Shown here piece after piece: positions 14,899 through 27,828 of a stretch of DNA of 64,000 bases; within the stretch, counting starts at the first letter, position 1, and each line of letters begins with the position of its first letter. A program made the translations under genes and the position numbers. The notes beneath the pieces were generated by a model. It was given only the letters and a program-made list of their open reading frames with translations. It searched no databases and was not told the origin of the DNA. The stretch comes from Anaeramoeba ignava BMAN (taxonomy: Eukaryota; Protista; Anaeramoebae), in the NCBI GenBank assembly GCA_028826165.1, contig JAPDFW010000122.1:1-64000 (forward strand). Reading direction: 5' to 3'.

Positions 14899-16850
14899 TT
14901 AATCCTTTTTTGCTTTTGGTTTTTTAACTGCATCTATTATGTTTTTGATAACAGTCCAAACCCAATAATATTGAATAGCATAAAATGGAATGCAAATTAT
15001 TTGAATGTAAAGAGAAGATTGAAGATAATAATGAGAAAGAACATAAATTGTATCCCAATAAAGTCTTGTCCAGAAAAATGAAAGTGCAAAAATCAATCCA
15101 GTTATTGTATTTGTTTTCCATCGATAAATTGTTAAAAAGATTGTTGAAAATTCATTAATTTGCATTGCAACATAAGTCATTTCATTTTTCTTTATTACCA
15201 ATTCAGTTGCACCAAAAAAGAAACCTTTTAATATTTTAATTTTGATTTTAATTTTCATTTTGATTTTCATTTTGATTTTAATTTTGATTTTAATTTTGAT
15301 TTTGATTTTAATTTTGATTTTAATTTTGATATTGATTTTGATTTTGATTTTAATATTGATTTTGATTTTGATTTTAATTTTAATTTTAATTTTAATTTTA
15401 ATTTTTAATTTTGATTTTAATTTTAAATTTAATTTTGATTTTAATTTTAATTTTAATTTTAATTTTAAATTTAATTTTGATTTTAATTTTAAATTTAATT
15501 TTGATTTTAATTTTAATTTTGATTTTGATTTTAATTTTAATTTTAATTTTGATTTTAATTTTTGATTTTGATTTTTAATTTTAATTTTTGATTTTTAATT
15601 TTGATTTTTGATTTTAATTTTGATTTTAATTTTAATTTTAATTTAAATTTTAATTTTGATTTTGATTTTGATTTTGATTTTGATTTTAATTTTGATTTTA
15701 ATTTTGATTTTAATTTTGATTTTAATTTTGATTTTGATTTTAATTTTGATTTTAATTTTAATTTTAATTTTAATTTTAATTTTGATTTTGATTTTGATTT
15801 TGAATTTGAATTTGATTTTAATTTTGATTTTAATTTTGATTTTGATTTTGATTTTGATTTTAATTTTAATTTTAATTTTGATTTTAATTTTAATTTTAAT
15901 TTTGATTTTGATTTTAATTTTAATTTTAATTTTAATTTTGATTTTGATTTTGATTTTGATTTTAATTTTGATTTTAATTTTGATTTTAATTTTAATTTTG
16001 ATTTTGGTTTTGATTTTAATTTTAATTTTAATTTTGATTTTGATTTTAATTTTAATTTTAATTTTAATTTTAATTTTAATTTTAATTTTGATTTTGATTT
16101 TAATTTTGATTTTAATTTTAATTTTAATTTTAATTTTAATTTTGATTTTAATTTTCATTTTAATTTTAATTTTGATTTTGATTTTGATTTTAATTTTAAT
16201 TTTAATTTTGATTTTGATTTTGATTTTAATTTTGATTTTTTGATTTTAATTTTAATTTCAATTTTGATTTTGATTTTGATTTTAATTTTAATTTTAATTT
16301 TAATTTTAATTTTAATTTTAATTTTGATTTTGATTTTGATTTTAATTTTGATTTTAATTTTGATTTTGATTTTAATTTTAATTTTGATTTTGATATTGAT
16401 ATTGATTTTAATTTTAATTTTAATTTTAATTTTGATTTAGATTTAAATTTCTAAATGATTTTAATTTTGATTTTGATTTAAATTTTAAATTGATGGTTAA
16501 ATTTTAAATTGATGGTTAAATTTCTAAATTGATTTTTGATTTAATTGTCAAAATATAAATATACCAAAAGCATGATGAGCAACAGTTGTCCAATTTTCAT
16601 GAGATGAATAAGTCTCTTCTTTAATAAAATAAGTATGATAAGGAAGATAAACAATAGTAATCATCATTGAAATATGAGGTTTCAAATTGAAAAAATACAC
16701 AGAAACTGCAGATATTGATGATAAAATACTGTGAACGAAAACAAGTAACTTAATATTAGTTTTTTTTGTAATATGGAAAATTATTAAAGAAAGTATTCCA
16801 GTAACAACAATTTCAATATATCTTTGATTTTCTGGATTTAATGGAATCAT
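14899..16850 (-). CDS. TLC (TRAM/LAG1/CLN8) domain membrane protein, 2 exons
   Basis: Exons 16850..16565 and 15224..14899 join as VAHHAFG-FFFGATE. TLC-like motifs HH, QINEFSTIFL, FALSFFWTRL and QYYWVWTVIK; several hydrophobic segments. Confidence 0.75.
15225..16564 (-). repeat. 1340-nt intron filled with (TTTTGA/TTTTAA)n
   Basis: GTATAT donor at 16564 and AAG acceptor at 15225 restore the frame; the interior is a hexamer array. Confidence 0.85.
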
Positions 16851-17002
16851 TTCCTTTGAGTTAAATTAATATTTTTTAATTATTTTTTTTTGAGAAATAA
16901 AAAATGAAAAAAAAAATTCAATTAAAAATTTTTTTTTTCTTTCTTCTTTCTTCTTTCTTCTTTCATTTTTTTTCTTTTAATTATTTAAAAAAAAAAAAGA
17001 AA

Positions 17003-18889
17003 ATGAATTTTGCTTTTTTCTTTTTTTTAACTTTATTTACTCTTTTTCTTTTAATTCCAAATTCAAAACAAGATCCACAACAATGTTTTAACGCAATTCT
17101 TGATGTTTTTTATTATCGAAATGCATCTCATTCAACAGAAATGATTGATGCAAGTTCATTCAAATTTAATGATTTGGGGAATTTTGATTTTTGTTATGAA
17201 TTAACAAGTGAAAAAATAGCAAAATATTGTTTAATAAGTTCCGAAATTTCAGGTCTTGTTATCAAAGTTGGAGTTTGTTTTCCTTATATTTGTACTGAGG
17301 ATGATCTTTATCAAATCACACCTGAATTACTTCTATTTCTTAATCTTCCTTCTAATACTCAATTGGAATATCAAATTTATAAGACATTTTCTTTGGATGG
17401 AAGAGCAATTTGTATGATTATTGTTACTGTGATTTTGTTTTTAATAGCTTGTTTTGGAACATTTATTGAATTTAAGTATTTTATATTACCAGAAAGAGAA
17501 AGGAAGGAATTTTTGAATGAAAATGAAAATGAAAATGAAAATCAAAATAAAAATTTGAATCAAAATCCAAAATGGATGATTATTTTCAAGCAATTCTCTT
17601 TTATCTTAAATTTAAAATCACTTACTCAAGAACATCCAAAATCAATCAAATTTCTTAATGGATTTAGAGTCATTTCAATGCTTTGGATCATTTTGGGACA
17701 TTCATACTCCGCAACATTTGATACAGGTGCCACTTTGAATATTTATTCAGTTGTCGATATATTCAAAAGATTCACATATCAAATTATTCCTGGAGGAGAA
17801 TTTGGAGTTGATACTTTCTTTTTTTTAAGTGGATTTTTAGTTTCTTATTTAACATTGAAAAAAGTGAATCAAAATAACGGGAAATTTATTCATTTGGGGA
17901 AATTCTATTTGCACAGGTATATTCGTTTGGCTCCAACATTTGTATTTGTGCTTTTCTTCAGTTATACATTAGCACCGTATCTTGGATATGGACCTGTTTG
18001 GGAATTAACCCGAAATTGGCTTCAAAAAAACTGTGAGAAATATTGGTGGACAAATATGCTACTGATTAACAATTTCCATCCTACTTTCAGCAAACAATGC
18101 ATGAACCATCTTTGGTATCTTGCGAATGATTGCCAGTTTTACGTTTTAGTTCCTATTTTTGTTTATGCTTTTTATCGCAAGAAATTATTTGGTTGGATCA
18201 CAAGTTTGGCAACAATTATTGCTTCTTATATTGTTACTATTGTTCTTGTTTGGCATTATTCCATTTCTCCATCTATGCTTGGCTCGCATTTGGAACAGTT
18301 TTATAATTATTACTACCAAAAACCTTATTGTCGAATCCCTACATTTCTTATTGGAGTTTCTTTCGCATTTTTCATCACACAATTCAATATCAAAAAATTC
18401 AAAATTCCCAGATATCTTGTCATTTTATTGACTGTGTTTTCCTTATTCTTAATGGGAATAACCACATTTGGTAGTTATACTTTATATAAACATGATAATA
18501 TCAATGTCCAGCAAGAGAAAATTAACTGGGATTATTGGAATACAGCTCAAAATGTTTTTTGGATCACTTTTTCAAGAACTGCTTTTATTTTAGCTGTTGC
18601 AATATTTTCCTTCCTCTTTCTTTCTGGCCATTTATCGTTAGTAAATGATTTCTTATCCGCTGATATTTGGATTCCTTTCGCAAAATTAACTTATTCTGTT
18701 TATGTTGTTCATTTGATTTTGATTACCGTTGTTGTTGGCTCTTTTAGAGATAGTTTTTATTTTTCTGGTTTGTTCATTTCTAAAATGTTTATTTTTAGTG
18801 CTGTTGCTTCTTATTTTTTTGGATTTATTGTGGCTTTACTTGTGGAATTTCCATTTAATAATTTACAAAGATTATTACTTTCAAGATGA
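17003..18889 (+). CDS. NRF-6/OACYL-like membrane O-acyltransferase (NRF domain + acyltransferase-3)
   Basis: Signal peptide MNFAFFFF..., NRF-like DLGNFDFC...GVCFPYIC, and AT3 motifs FLNGFRVISMLWIILGH, GVDTFFFLSGFL, YLHRYIRLAP, HLWYLANDCQFY and KLTYSVYVVH. The ORF track starts at 16904; 17003 is the more likely start. Confidence 0.9.
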   Translation: MNFAFFFFLTLFTLFLLIPNSKQDPQQCFNAILDVFYYRNASHSTEMIDASSFKFNDLGNFDFCYELTSEKIAKYCLISSEISGLVIKVGVCFPYICTEDDLYQITPELLLFLNLPSNTQLEYQIYKTFSLDGRAICMIIVTVILFLIACFGTFIEFKYFILPERERKEFLNENENENENQNKNLNQNPKWMIIFKQFSFILNLKSLTQEHPKSIKFLNGFRVISMLWIILGHSYSATFDTGATLNIYSVVDIFKRFTYQIIPGGEFGVDTFFFLSGFLVSYLTLKKVNQNNGKFIHLGKFYLHRYIRLAPTFVFVLFFSYTLAPYLGYGPVWELTRNWLQKNCEKYWWTNMLLINNFHPTFSKQCMNHLWYLANDCQFYVLVPIFVYAFYRKKLFGWITSLATIIASYIVTIVLVWHYSISPSMLGSHLEQFYNYYYQKPYCRIPTFLIGVSFAFFITQFNIKKFKIPRYLVILLTVFSLFLMGITTFGSYTLYKHDNINVQQEKINWDYWNTAQNVFWITFSRTAFILAVAIFSFLFLSGHLSLVNDFLSADIWIPFAKLTYSVYVVHLILITVVVGSFRDSFYFSGLFISKMFIFSAVASYFFGFIVALLVEFPFNNLQRLLLSR

Positions 18890-19150
18890 AATTTAAAATT
18901 AAAATCTAAATCAAAATCAAAATTAAAATTAAAATCAAAATATAAATCTAAATCTAAATCAAAATCAAAATCAAAATCTAAAATTAAAATCAAAATCAAA
19001 ATCAATATCAAAATTAAAATCAAAATTAAAATCTAAATCAAAATCAAAATTAAAATCAAAATATAAATCTAAATCTAAATCAAAATCAAAATTAAAATTA
19101 AAATTAATATCTAAATCAAAATGAAAATCAAAATTAAAATCTAAAATAAA
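18890..19150 (+). repeat. Intergenic (AAAATC/AAAATT/AAATCT)n array
   Basis: Hexamer array immediately after the acyltransferase stop codon. Confidence 0.75.
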
Positions 19151-19253
19151 AAATTCTGATCAAAAATAAAAAATTCATTTTTTTCTTTTTTTCTTTTTCT
19201 TTTATTAATTTATTTCTTTGTTATTTTTTTTTTTAAATTTATCTAATTTAATT

Positions 19254-22168
19254 ATGCAATTTGATTTTCCATTTAAACCGTTACATAAAAATAATCCAAT
19301 TCATGAAACAAATTTTATTACAGAAATTACAATTAGAACTAAAAACCAAGAAAAAACAACTTTTTCAATAATTTTACCCAAAGATTGGCTTCATGATCCT
19401 TTAAATAATTTAGAAGAAAATGAACAAATTCCTTTTTATAAATCAATTTCTGTTTTTGCTCCTTATTTAGAACCTAATTCTCCATTTATTAATATTATTC
19501 AAACTAGTTTAACTTTTGAAGTTGATCTTGAAAATTGGGTGAAATTTTTCATTCAATCAGAGCATTTTATTTGTAAATTAAGAAGGGAAATTTAATTTAA
19601 ATTTATAAATGAATTTAATTTTATAAATGAATTTTAATAAAGTAAATAAAATTAGATTTTGGGAAACTCCTTCAAAAGGAAATATAATTGATATTGGAGC
19701 TTTTAGAGGTAAAAAATCCAAAATAAAAATTAAAAATTCAAATAAAAAAATCCAAATAAAAATTCAATTAAAAAATTCAAATTAAAAAATTCAATTAAAA
19801 AAATAGAAATCAATGATTCTATTGATGTTGCAAGAATAATGTCATTTAAATATAACAATAAAATTTATACAATTTGGTATTTTTAAATCAAAAAAAAAAG
19901 ATTTATTCAATTTTTTTAATTTAAAATTTGTTTGATTTGAAAAAGTGGAATTTCTCAATCAATAGAATGGGATCAATATAAAAATGATTTTTTAATAGCT
20001 TGTGCTTCATTTTCAATTTTAAATCCAAAATCAACAAATAAAATAGAAGAAATATTTAATTGGTCTTCAAAATCAGAAATTATATTCTCAATTCCAGAAA
20101 TTCCAAAATGTTGGAAAGTAAAAAAAAAGTCCAAAAACAATTACAAAATTATATGGAAATTTGTTGAATATTTTATTTTTCATTTTTTATTTTAGTTTTT
20201 TGAATCAAATCAAGTTCAAAATCCACAAATTGAATTCTATCTTTTTGAAAATGAAAATATTAATGAAAATATTATTGAAAATGAAAATTATCAAAATTTA
20301 CAAAGTTATATCTCAATTCATTCACATCCAAATGATTCAAATTTACATTTAAATAATTTAATTTCAAATGCTTTAGAAGTAATTAATTAATAAGAAAAAG
20401 AAGATTATTTGTTCAAAATCAAAATCAATTTTTTTTTTAATCATTTTATTTTTCAGGAAATTTTAAAAAGTCAAATAACAATACAAGGAACAATTCTTTT
20501 TATTCCAGGAAAAGTAATTTAAAATAATATTTATAATAATATTTAAAATATTTATAATTAATATTTAAAATATTTGTAATTAATATTGCTTTAAAGAACC
20601 AAAATACAAAAGTTACACTCGCACAAATAGTAATCGCAGAAGATTACCAAGATTTACAAACAAAAATAATTGATGATTATTTAGGTACATTATTATTTTA
20701 TGGAATTCTTGAAGAAATTCAAGTTAAAGTTAAAATTGGATTCAAATTATTACCAGATACAGTTTTCACAATTTTTCTTGTTTCTATAAAATCAAATGAA
20801 TATCCAAAATTTTCTTTTCGTTCAGAATATTTATTCAACTTGATTCGTCAAAAGATATCTTCTGAACAAATTGATTCATTACAAAAAATTGATGAAAATA
20901 ACGAAATGAAAAATTTGGATTATTCATTAATTAACGAAGGATTAAATGGTTTATATTTAATTTTTAGAAAGAAAAAGAAAAACCTGTTTTAAATTGTTTT
21001 TTTAAATATTATTTAAATCTTAAACAAAATTTATAGCTTTGAAATGGAAATTACTTATTGAATCAAAAATTATAAACTCAAAAGAGCCTTTAAAACAATT
21101 TGTCGATATAATTCAACCAACAAAATGGATTCTTGATAAAGATGTGTCTTTTTGTATGAATTGCAAATCAGAATTCTCAGTAACAAATCGCAAACATCAT
21201 TGCAGAAATTGTGGATTAATTTTTTGTTCAAAATGCTCTTCAAAAAAAAGACCCATTTGGAAATATAATTTATTTTCACCTCAACGTGTTTGCGATAATT
21301 GTAATATTTTATTAGATGAAGAGCAACAAAATCAACACCAAAATTTGGGAAATAAAATATTCACAAATTCTCATGATTGGAAAAAATGGAAAATTGGTTC
21401 TTTTGTTGAATTTGAAATTTCTAACGAAAAATCTAAAAGAAAATTGAAAAATATTAGATTCACTTTATCATCTCAATCAGAAGAAAATTATTCATTACAA
21501 AAAAATGAATATATTGATAGACAAATGAAAGTAACCAAAATGAACATTCAAAATTCAGATGAAAATGATTCTTCTCAAAATCCAATTTATAAAGTATACA
21601 CATTATCAATATTTAAAATGAATCAAAAAAAAAATTAATTTGATTTTTTATTTATTTATAGACAAAAATTGGTTTCCAAATCTTAAATATAGAAAAAAAT
21701 TGGTATAAATGTAATGTTTGGAGATTTGAAACTGAAGGAATAATAAGAGATTTTTGGATAATAAATGAATTTGATTTCCCATTAAAAATTATTGCACTTG
21801 ATCTAAAAAATGGAATAATTTCTTCAAAAGTAAAAAAAAAAAAACAATTTCTTTCATCTCTTTCATCTCATTTTTTTTTTGTATAATTATTTTCTTAGAC
21901 TTTAGTTAATTTAGATGAAGAAATCCAATTCAAACAAAAAAATTTAACTTGTTTAAAATATGAAGGAAAAGTTGAAACTCAAAATAAAAATGAAATGATT
22001 CAAATGATTTGGATATCTGATAAAATACCAGGATCTGTTGTTAAAATTGTTTCTCATTTTGAAAATGAAAAATTTGAAAATTGGATAATTTCTAATTTCA
22101 AAGGAAAATTAAGCAAAGAAAAACAAAATCAGAAAAAGAAAAAGAAAATGAAGAAAAAAGATTTGTGA
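19254..22168 (+). CDS. Multi-exon FYVE zinc-finger protein
   Basis: WILDKDVSFCMNCKSEFSVTNRKHHCRNCGLIFCSKCS...RVCDNC (21125-21302) is a canonical FYVE domain. Several short GT-AG introns; the last exon, from ~21899, reads open to TGA at 22168. Exon structure is only partly resolved. Confidence 0.8.
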
Positions 22169-22182
22169 AAAGATTATTTAAT

Positions 22183-25100
22183 TTATAAATCAATTATTGA
22201 ATTTGGATTTAATTGATAATAATCTTTTGCATCTTTCAATTCTTCAATGATTTTATGATTAATTTTGCTTTCTTCAAATTCATCATGATAAAAGAAATAG
22301 ATTAATTGTTGAATTGTTTCAAATGATTTTCCTGAATAATCATGAACTTGATTAGATGTATCTTGAACATTTAATTGAAACATTCCTTTAAATAACTCAC
22401 TTCTTAATATTAATATTAATTTATGAACTTTGACTTCTTTTTCTTCTTCACAAATTATTGAAAAATCTTTTGTTTTTTCATTTTGATATAAATTATGGAA
22501 ATCTTTCAATAAACTTTTTCTTCCCTTTTTTGTTTCAATCCATTTTGAATCAAATCCAATTTCTTTGAAAAATTCTTGAATTAATGATTCTTTTTCTTCA
22601 TTAGAAGTCAATACTTTTAAGCTATTTTTAGAAGGTTTGGTATTTTTTTGAGCATAATAATCATAATCGTCACTTAAATCATCATCATCACTAAAACTAT
22701 TAGAATCGTTATCATCATTACCACGAGCAACAAAAAGTTGATTGATTTCATCAAAATCAACAAATCCTGTGTAAAGTAAATTCAAAGCAATTTCAACTTC
22801 TTTTTTGGGTTTTTGATAACAATTATTGATAAATTTTTGGAGAATTGGTTCATCATTATCAAATCTTGTTAATAAAAATAATTTGTGAACATTAAATTTG
22901 AAAGAATCATTTGATGTAATTGTTAGATCTGAAAAATTATCATTTAGATTTTAATAATTTGTTCAAATCTTGGTTAAATGAATAAACTTTTGAAAATAAT
23001 TCAATAAACTGGGTTTTCACAGCTTTTGGTTTTAAATCATAAATATTTGCATCATTCAATAGCAAACTTTTGATTGCATTCTGATTTCTGTTTTGGATTG
23101 ATAATGAAAGAGGTGATCTTTTATATGAATTGCAAATATTAATATCAGCTCCTTTTTCGATTAAATAATCGATAATTTGAGAAGAATTAAGGGAACAAGC
23201 TTGATATAAAGCTGTTTGCTCATCTTCTGCTTGGGCATTAATATCAATTCCCTTTGAAACTAAATATTTAATAACTTCAACTGATGAATAACTCCAGCAG
23301 GCTGAATGTAAAACTGTTTCATTACGATTTGTTTTGACATGAACATCAGCTCCTTTTTCAATTAAATATTCAATAGTTTCAAGACTTTGGTCGCTTTGAC
23401 AAGCAAAATGCAAAGCTGTTTCATTATAAACTGTTTTGGCGTTAACATCAGCTCCTTTTTCAATCAAAAACTTGATAATTTCGTTTGAATTTGTATTTGA
23501 ATTTTGGCATGCAAAATGCAAGGCTGTTTTATCTTCTTCTGTTTTAGCATTAATATCAATTCCTTGTTCAAGTAAATACTCGATGATTGCGTGTGATGGC
23601 GAGTAATGACAAATAATATGCAAGAGTGTTTCATTATCATTTGTTTTTTGGTGAATATCAGCTCCCTTTTCAACAAGATATTTGATAACTTCATATGATG
23701 ATTCACCCCAACAAGCATAATGTAAAAGTGTTTGATCTTGGTTTGTTTTAACATTAATATCAGCTCCCTTTTCAATCATATATTTGATATCTCTAAATGG
23801 ACTATTTTGGCAAGCAAAATGCAAAGCTGTTTCATTTTCATTTGTTTTCGCGTTGATATCAACTCCACTTTCAATAAAAAATTTGATAAATTCAAAAGAT
23901 AAATAATTTTGGCAAACAGTATGCAATACTGTTGCATTATCATATGTTCTTGCATTAATATTGGCTCCCTTTTCAATAAGATATTTCATAATTTCAAGTG
24001 CTGAGTTATTTCTGCAAGCATAATGCAAAGGTGTTTCATTGTCGATTGTTATTGCGTTGACATCGAGTCCTTTTTCAATAAAATATTTGATAATTTCAAG
24101 TGATGAATTGGATTGACAAGCAAAATGCAAAAGTGTTTCATTTTGGTCTGTTTGAGTATTAATGTCAGCACCATTATCAATAAGATATTTAACGATTTCA
24201 AGTGGTGATTTATTCCAAAGAGCAAAGTTCAAAGCTGTTTCGTTGCTATTTGACTTTGCATGAACATCAACACCTTTTTCAACAAGATACTTGATGATTT
24301 CAAATGATGAATTATTCTCACAAACTAAATGCAGTACTGTTTGATTGTTATCTGTTTTTGCATGAACATCAGCTCCTTTATCAACCAAATACTTGATGAT
24401 TTCTAGTTTTGGACTGTATTGACAAGCATGATGCAACGCTGTTTCGTTGTAATCCGATTTGGTATTAATTTCAACTCCCATTTCAACCAAATATTTGATA
24501 ATCTCTAATGAACTCTGCTGGCAAGCATAATGCAAAACGGTTTCATTCCGATCTGTTTTTGTGTGAATATCAACCCCTTTGGAAATCAAATATTCAATAA
24601 CTTCAAGTGATGGGTTATTTCTGCAAGCAAAATGCAAAATTGTCTCATTTTGATTTGTTTTGGAGTTAATATTAATTCCCTTTTCAATCAAATAGTCGAT
24701 AATTTCAAACGCTAAATCATTGTGAATTGCAAAAAACAAAGCTGTTTCGTTTCTATTTGTTGTGGCGTTAATATCAATATTATTTTCAATTAAATATTTG
24801 ATAACCTCAATCGATGAAGTTGATCGACAAGCCAAATGTAAAGCTGTTTTATTTTGTTCTGTTCTCGCATTAATATCGATTTCCTTTTCAACAAAATATT
24901 TTATAACTTCAAGGGATGAATTGTGTTGACAAAGAGTATGCAAGACTGTTTCATTATATCTTGTCTTGGTATTAATATTTGCTCCATTCTCAACTAAATA
25001 CTGGATAATTTCAAGAGATGAGTTGTCTTGGCAAAGAATATGCAAAGGTGTTTCATTTTCAGTTGTTTTTGCATTAACATCTGCTCCTTTTTCAATTAGC

Positions 25101-27733
25101 ATTTCGATAACCGGGATAGAAGCGTTGTATTCACAAGCAAAATGCAAAGTTGTTTTGTTTTCATTTGTTTTGGCGTGAATATCCACTCCTTTTTCAATCA
25201 AATATTGAATAATCTCAGGGGATGTGCTGTTTTCGCAAGCAGTGTGCAATATTGTTTGGTTTTCATTTGTTTTTTCTTTTACATTCGCCCCCTTTTCAAT
25301 CAAATATTTGACAGTTTCAAAGGATGCGTTGTTTTGACAAGCAAAAAACAAAATACTGATATTTTCAACTGTTTTTGAATTCACATCAATTCCTTTCTCA
25401 ATTAAATATTTAATAACTTCAAATGAACCACTCCAACAAGCATAATGCAAAACTGTTTCATCCAATTTTGTTTTAGCGTGAATATCCGCTCCTTTTTCAA
25501 CTAAATACTGGATAATTTCAAAAGAGTCTGATTTGCATGCAAAATGTAATGGTGTTTGATTCCCAATTGTTTTTGAATTAATATCTACTCCTTTTTCAAC
25601 CAAATATTGTATAATTTCCAGAGAATTGTTAAAGCAAGCAGAATGCAAAACTGTTTCATTTTCGTTTCCTTTTTCGTTTATACGAGCTCCCTTTTCAACA
25701 AGATATTTGACAATTTCAAATGAAGCTTTGTGACAAGCCAAATGCAAAACTGTTTGATCATCTTTTGTTTTGGCGTTTATATCCACTCCTTTTTCAACAA
25801 AATACTGGATAGTTTCAATCTGCAAGGTTTTTTGGCAAATAAAATGCAAAACATTTTCATCCGATTTTGTTTTAGCATTAATATCCACTCCTTTTTCAAC
25901 CAAATATTGGATAACATCCAGAGAATTATTTTGGCAAGCAGAATGCAATACTGTTTCATTTTCATCTGTTTTGGCGTGAATATCAGCTCCTTTCGAAATC
26001 AAATACTGAATAACATCCAGAGAATTACCCCAGCAAGCTAAATGGAGTGGAGTTTCATTTTCACTTGATTTTACATTAATATCGGCTCCTTTTTCAATCA
26101 AGTATTGAATAACTTTGATTGAATTCTGCTGGCAAGCTAAATGTAAAACTGTTTTATTTTCGTTGCTTGTTTTTGTGTTAATATCAACTCCCTTTTCAAC
26201 AAAAAATTGGATAATTTCAAGTGAATTATCCCACGAAGCTAAATGCAGAACTGTTTCATCCCAATTTGTTTTTGCATATATATCAGCATCCTTGTCAATA
26301 AAGAACTGAATAACCTCAAGTGGAACGTTTCTTTGGGTAATGAAATGTAAAGCTGTTCTTTTCCTACTTGTTTTTGCATTGATGTCGATTCCAATCTCGA
26401 TCAAATACTTAATAACATCAATATCATTGTTTTTGCAGGCCAAATGCAGAATTGTTTCGTTTGTTTTTGTTTTGGTGTGAATATCAATTCCCTTCGAAAT
26501 CAAATATTTAATCACTTCAAGTGTATTTTTTTTGCATGCAAAATGCAATATTGTTTCATTGTCATTTGTCTTTGCATTAATATTGGCTCCCTTTGAAATC
26601 AAGTATTCAATAACATCGACTGTATTCTTTCGACATGCAAAATGTAACGCTGTTTCGCCTTCATTTGTTTCTAAATTGACACCAATTCCTTTTGAAATCA
26701 AAAACTGAATAACATCAAGTTTTTTTTTCTGGCACGCAAAATGCAAAACTGTTGTATTCATACTTGTCTTAAAATTAATATCAGCTCCCTTTGAAATCAA
26801 ATATTGAATAACTTCAAGTGAATTCATATGAGATGCAAAATGTAAAGGTGTTTCGTTTCCATTTGTTTTGGCATTAATATCAATTCCTTTTTCAACTAAA
26901 TACTTGACAATTTCAAGTGAATTCTTATGAGATGCAAAATGTAAAGGTGTTTCGTTTTCATTTGTTTTAGCGTGAATATCAGCTCCTTTCGAAATCAAGT
27001 ATCGAACAACTTCAATTGAATTTTTATTGCATGCAATATGAAGAGCTGTTTCATTTTCAAATGTTTTTTGATTAATATTGATTCCTTTTGAAATCAAATA
27101 TTCAATAACTTCAAGTGAATTTCTTTTGCAAGCAAAATGTAAAGCTGTTTTATTTTCTTCTGTCTTTTGATTAACATCAATTCCCTTTGAAATCAAATAT
27201 TCAATAACTTCAAGTGAATTCCTTTTGCAAGCAAAATGCAAAACTGTTTCTTTTTCAAATGTTTTAGCATTAATATTGATTCCTTTTGAAATTAAATATT
27301 CAATAACTTTAAGTGAATTCCTTTTGCAGGCAAAATGCAATACTGTTTCATTTTCGTATGTTTTAGCATTAATATCAGCTCCTTTTGAAATCAAATATTC
27401 AATAACTTTAATTGAATTCCTTTTGCAGGCAAAATGCAATACTGTTTCGTTTTCATATGTTTTAGCATTAATATCAGCTCCTTTTGAAATTAAATATTCA
27501 ATCTCTTCAATTGAATTCCTTTTGCAAGCCAAATGTAAAGGTGTTTCGTTATTTTTATTTTTTGCATTAATATTAATCCCCCTTTCAATTAATAATTTGA
27601 TCATTTCGAAAGAAACTTCTTTTTTAAATGCAAAATGTAAAATTGGTTTTATAATATTTTCTGAAATGTTTTGAATTTTTTTGATTGATTCAATATCATT
27701 TTTTTCAATAATTTGTTGAATATTAATATTCAT
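22183..27733 (-). CDS. Giant ankyrin-array + tandem BTB protein, paralog A (~45 ankyrin repeats; one +1 frameshift at ~22943)
   Basis: Continuous 33-35 aa repeats (xETxLHxAC....EIIKYLIEKGxDINAKT). Removing one A in TCTAAATGATAAT restores SNDNFSDLTI...VHKLFLL (BTB1) and joins ORF 22183..22785 (TKDFSIICEEEKEVKVHKLILILRSELF, BTB2). Start taken at MNINIQQ. Confidence 0.85.
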
Positions 27734-27828
27734 TTTCTTTTTTTTTAAAAATAGAAAAATAAAAATAAAAAAAATTTTTTTTTTCATTTTTTCGTTTTTT
27801 TTATTTTTTTTTCTTTTTAAATTTAAAA

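Noticed and set aside
2223-16440. Numerous long ORFs of ILIL, FDFD, KIKI, YLYL or MFMF type
   Set aside because: They are stop-free readings of hexamer microsatellites lying in introns, on the antisense strand or in the wrong frame.
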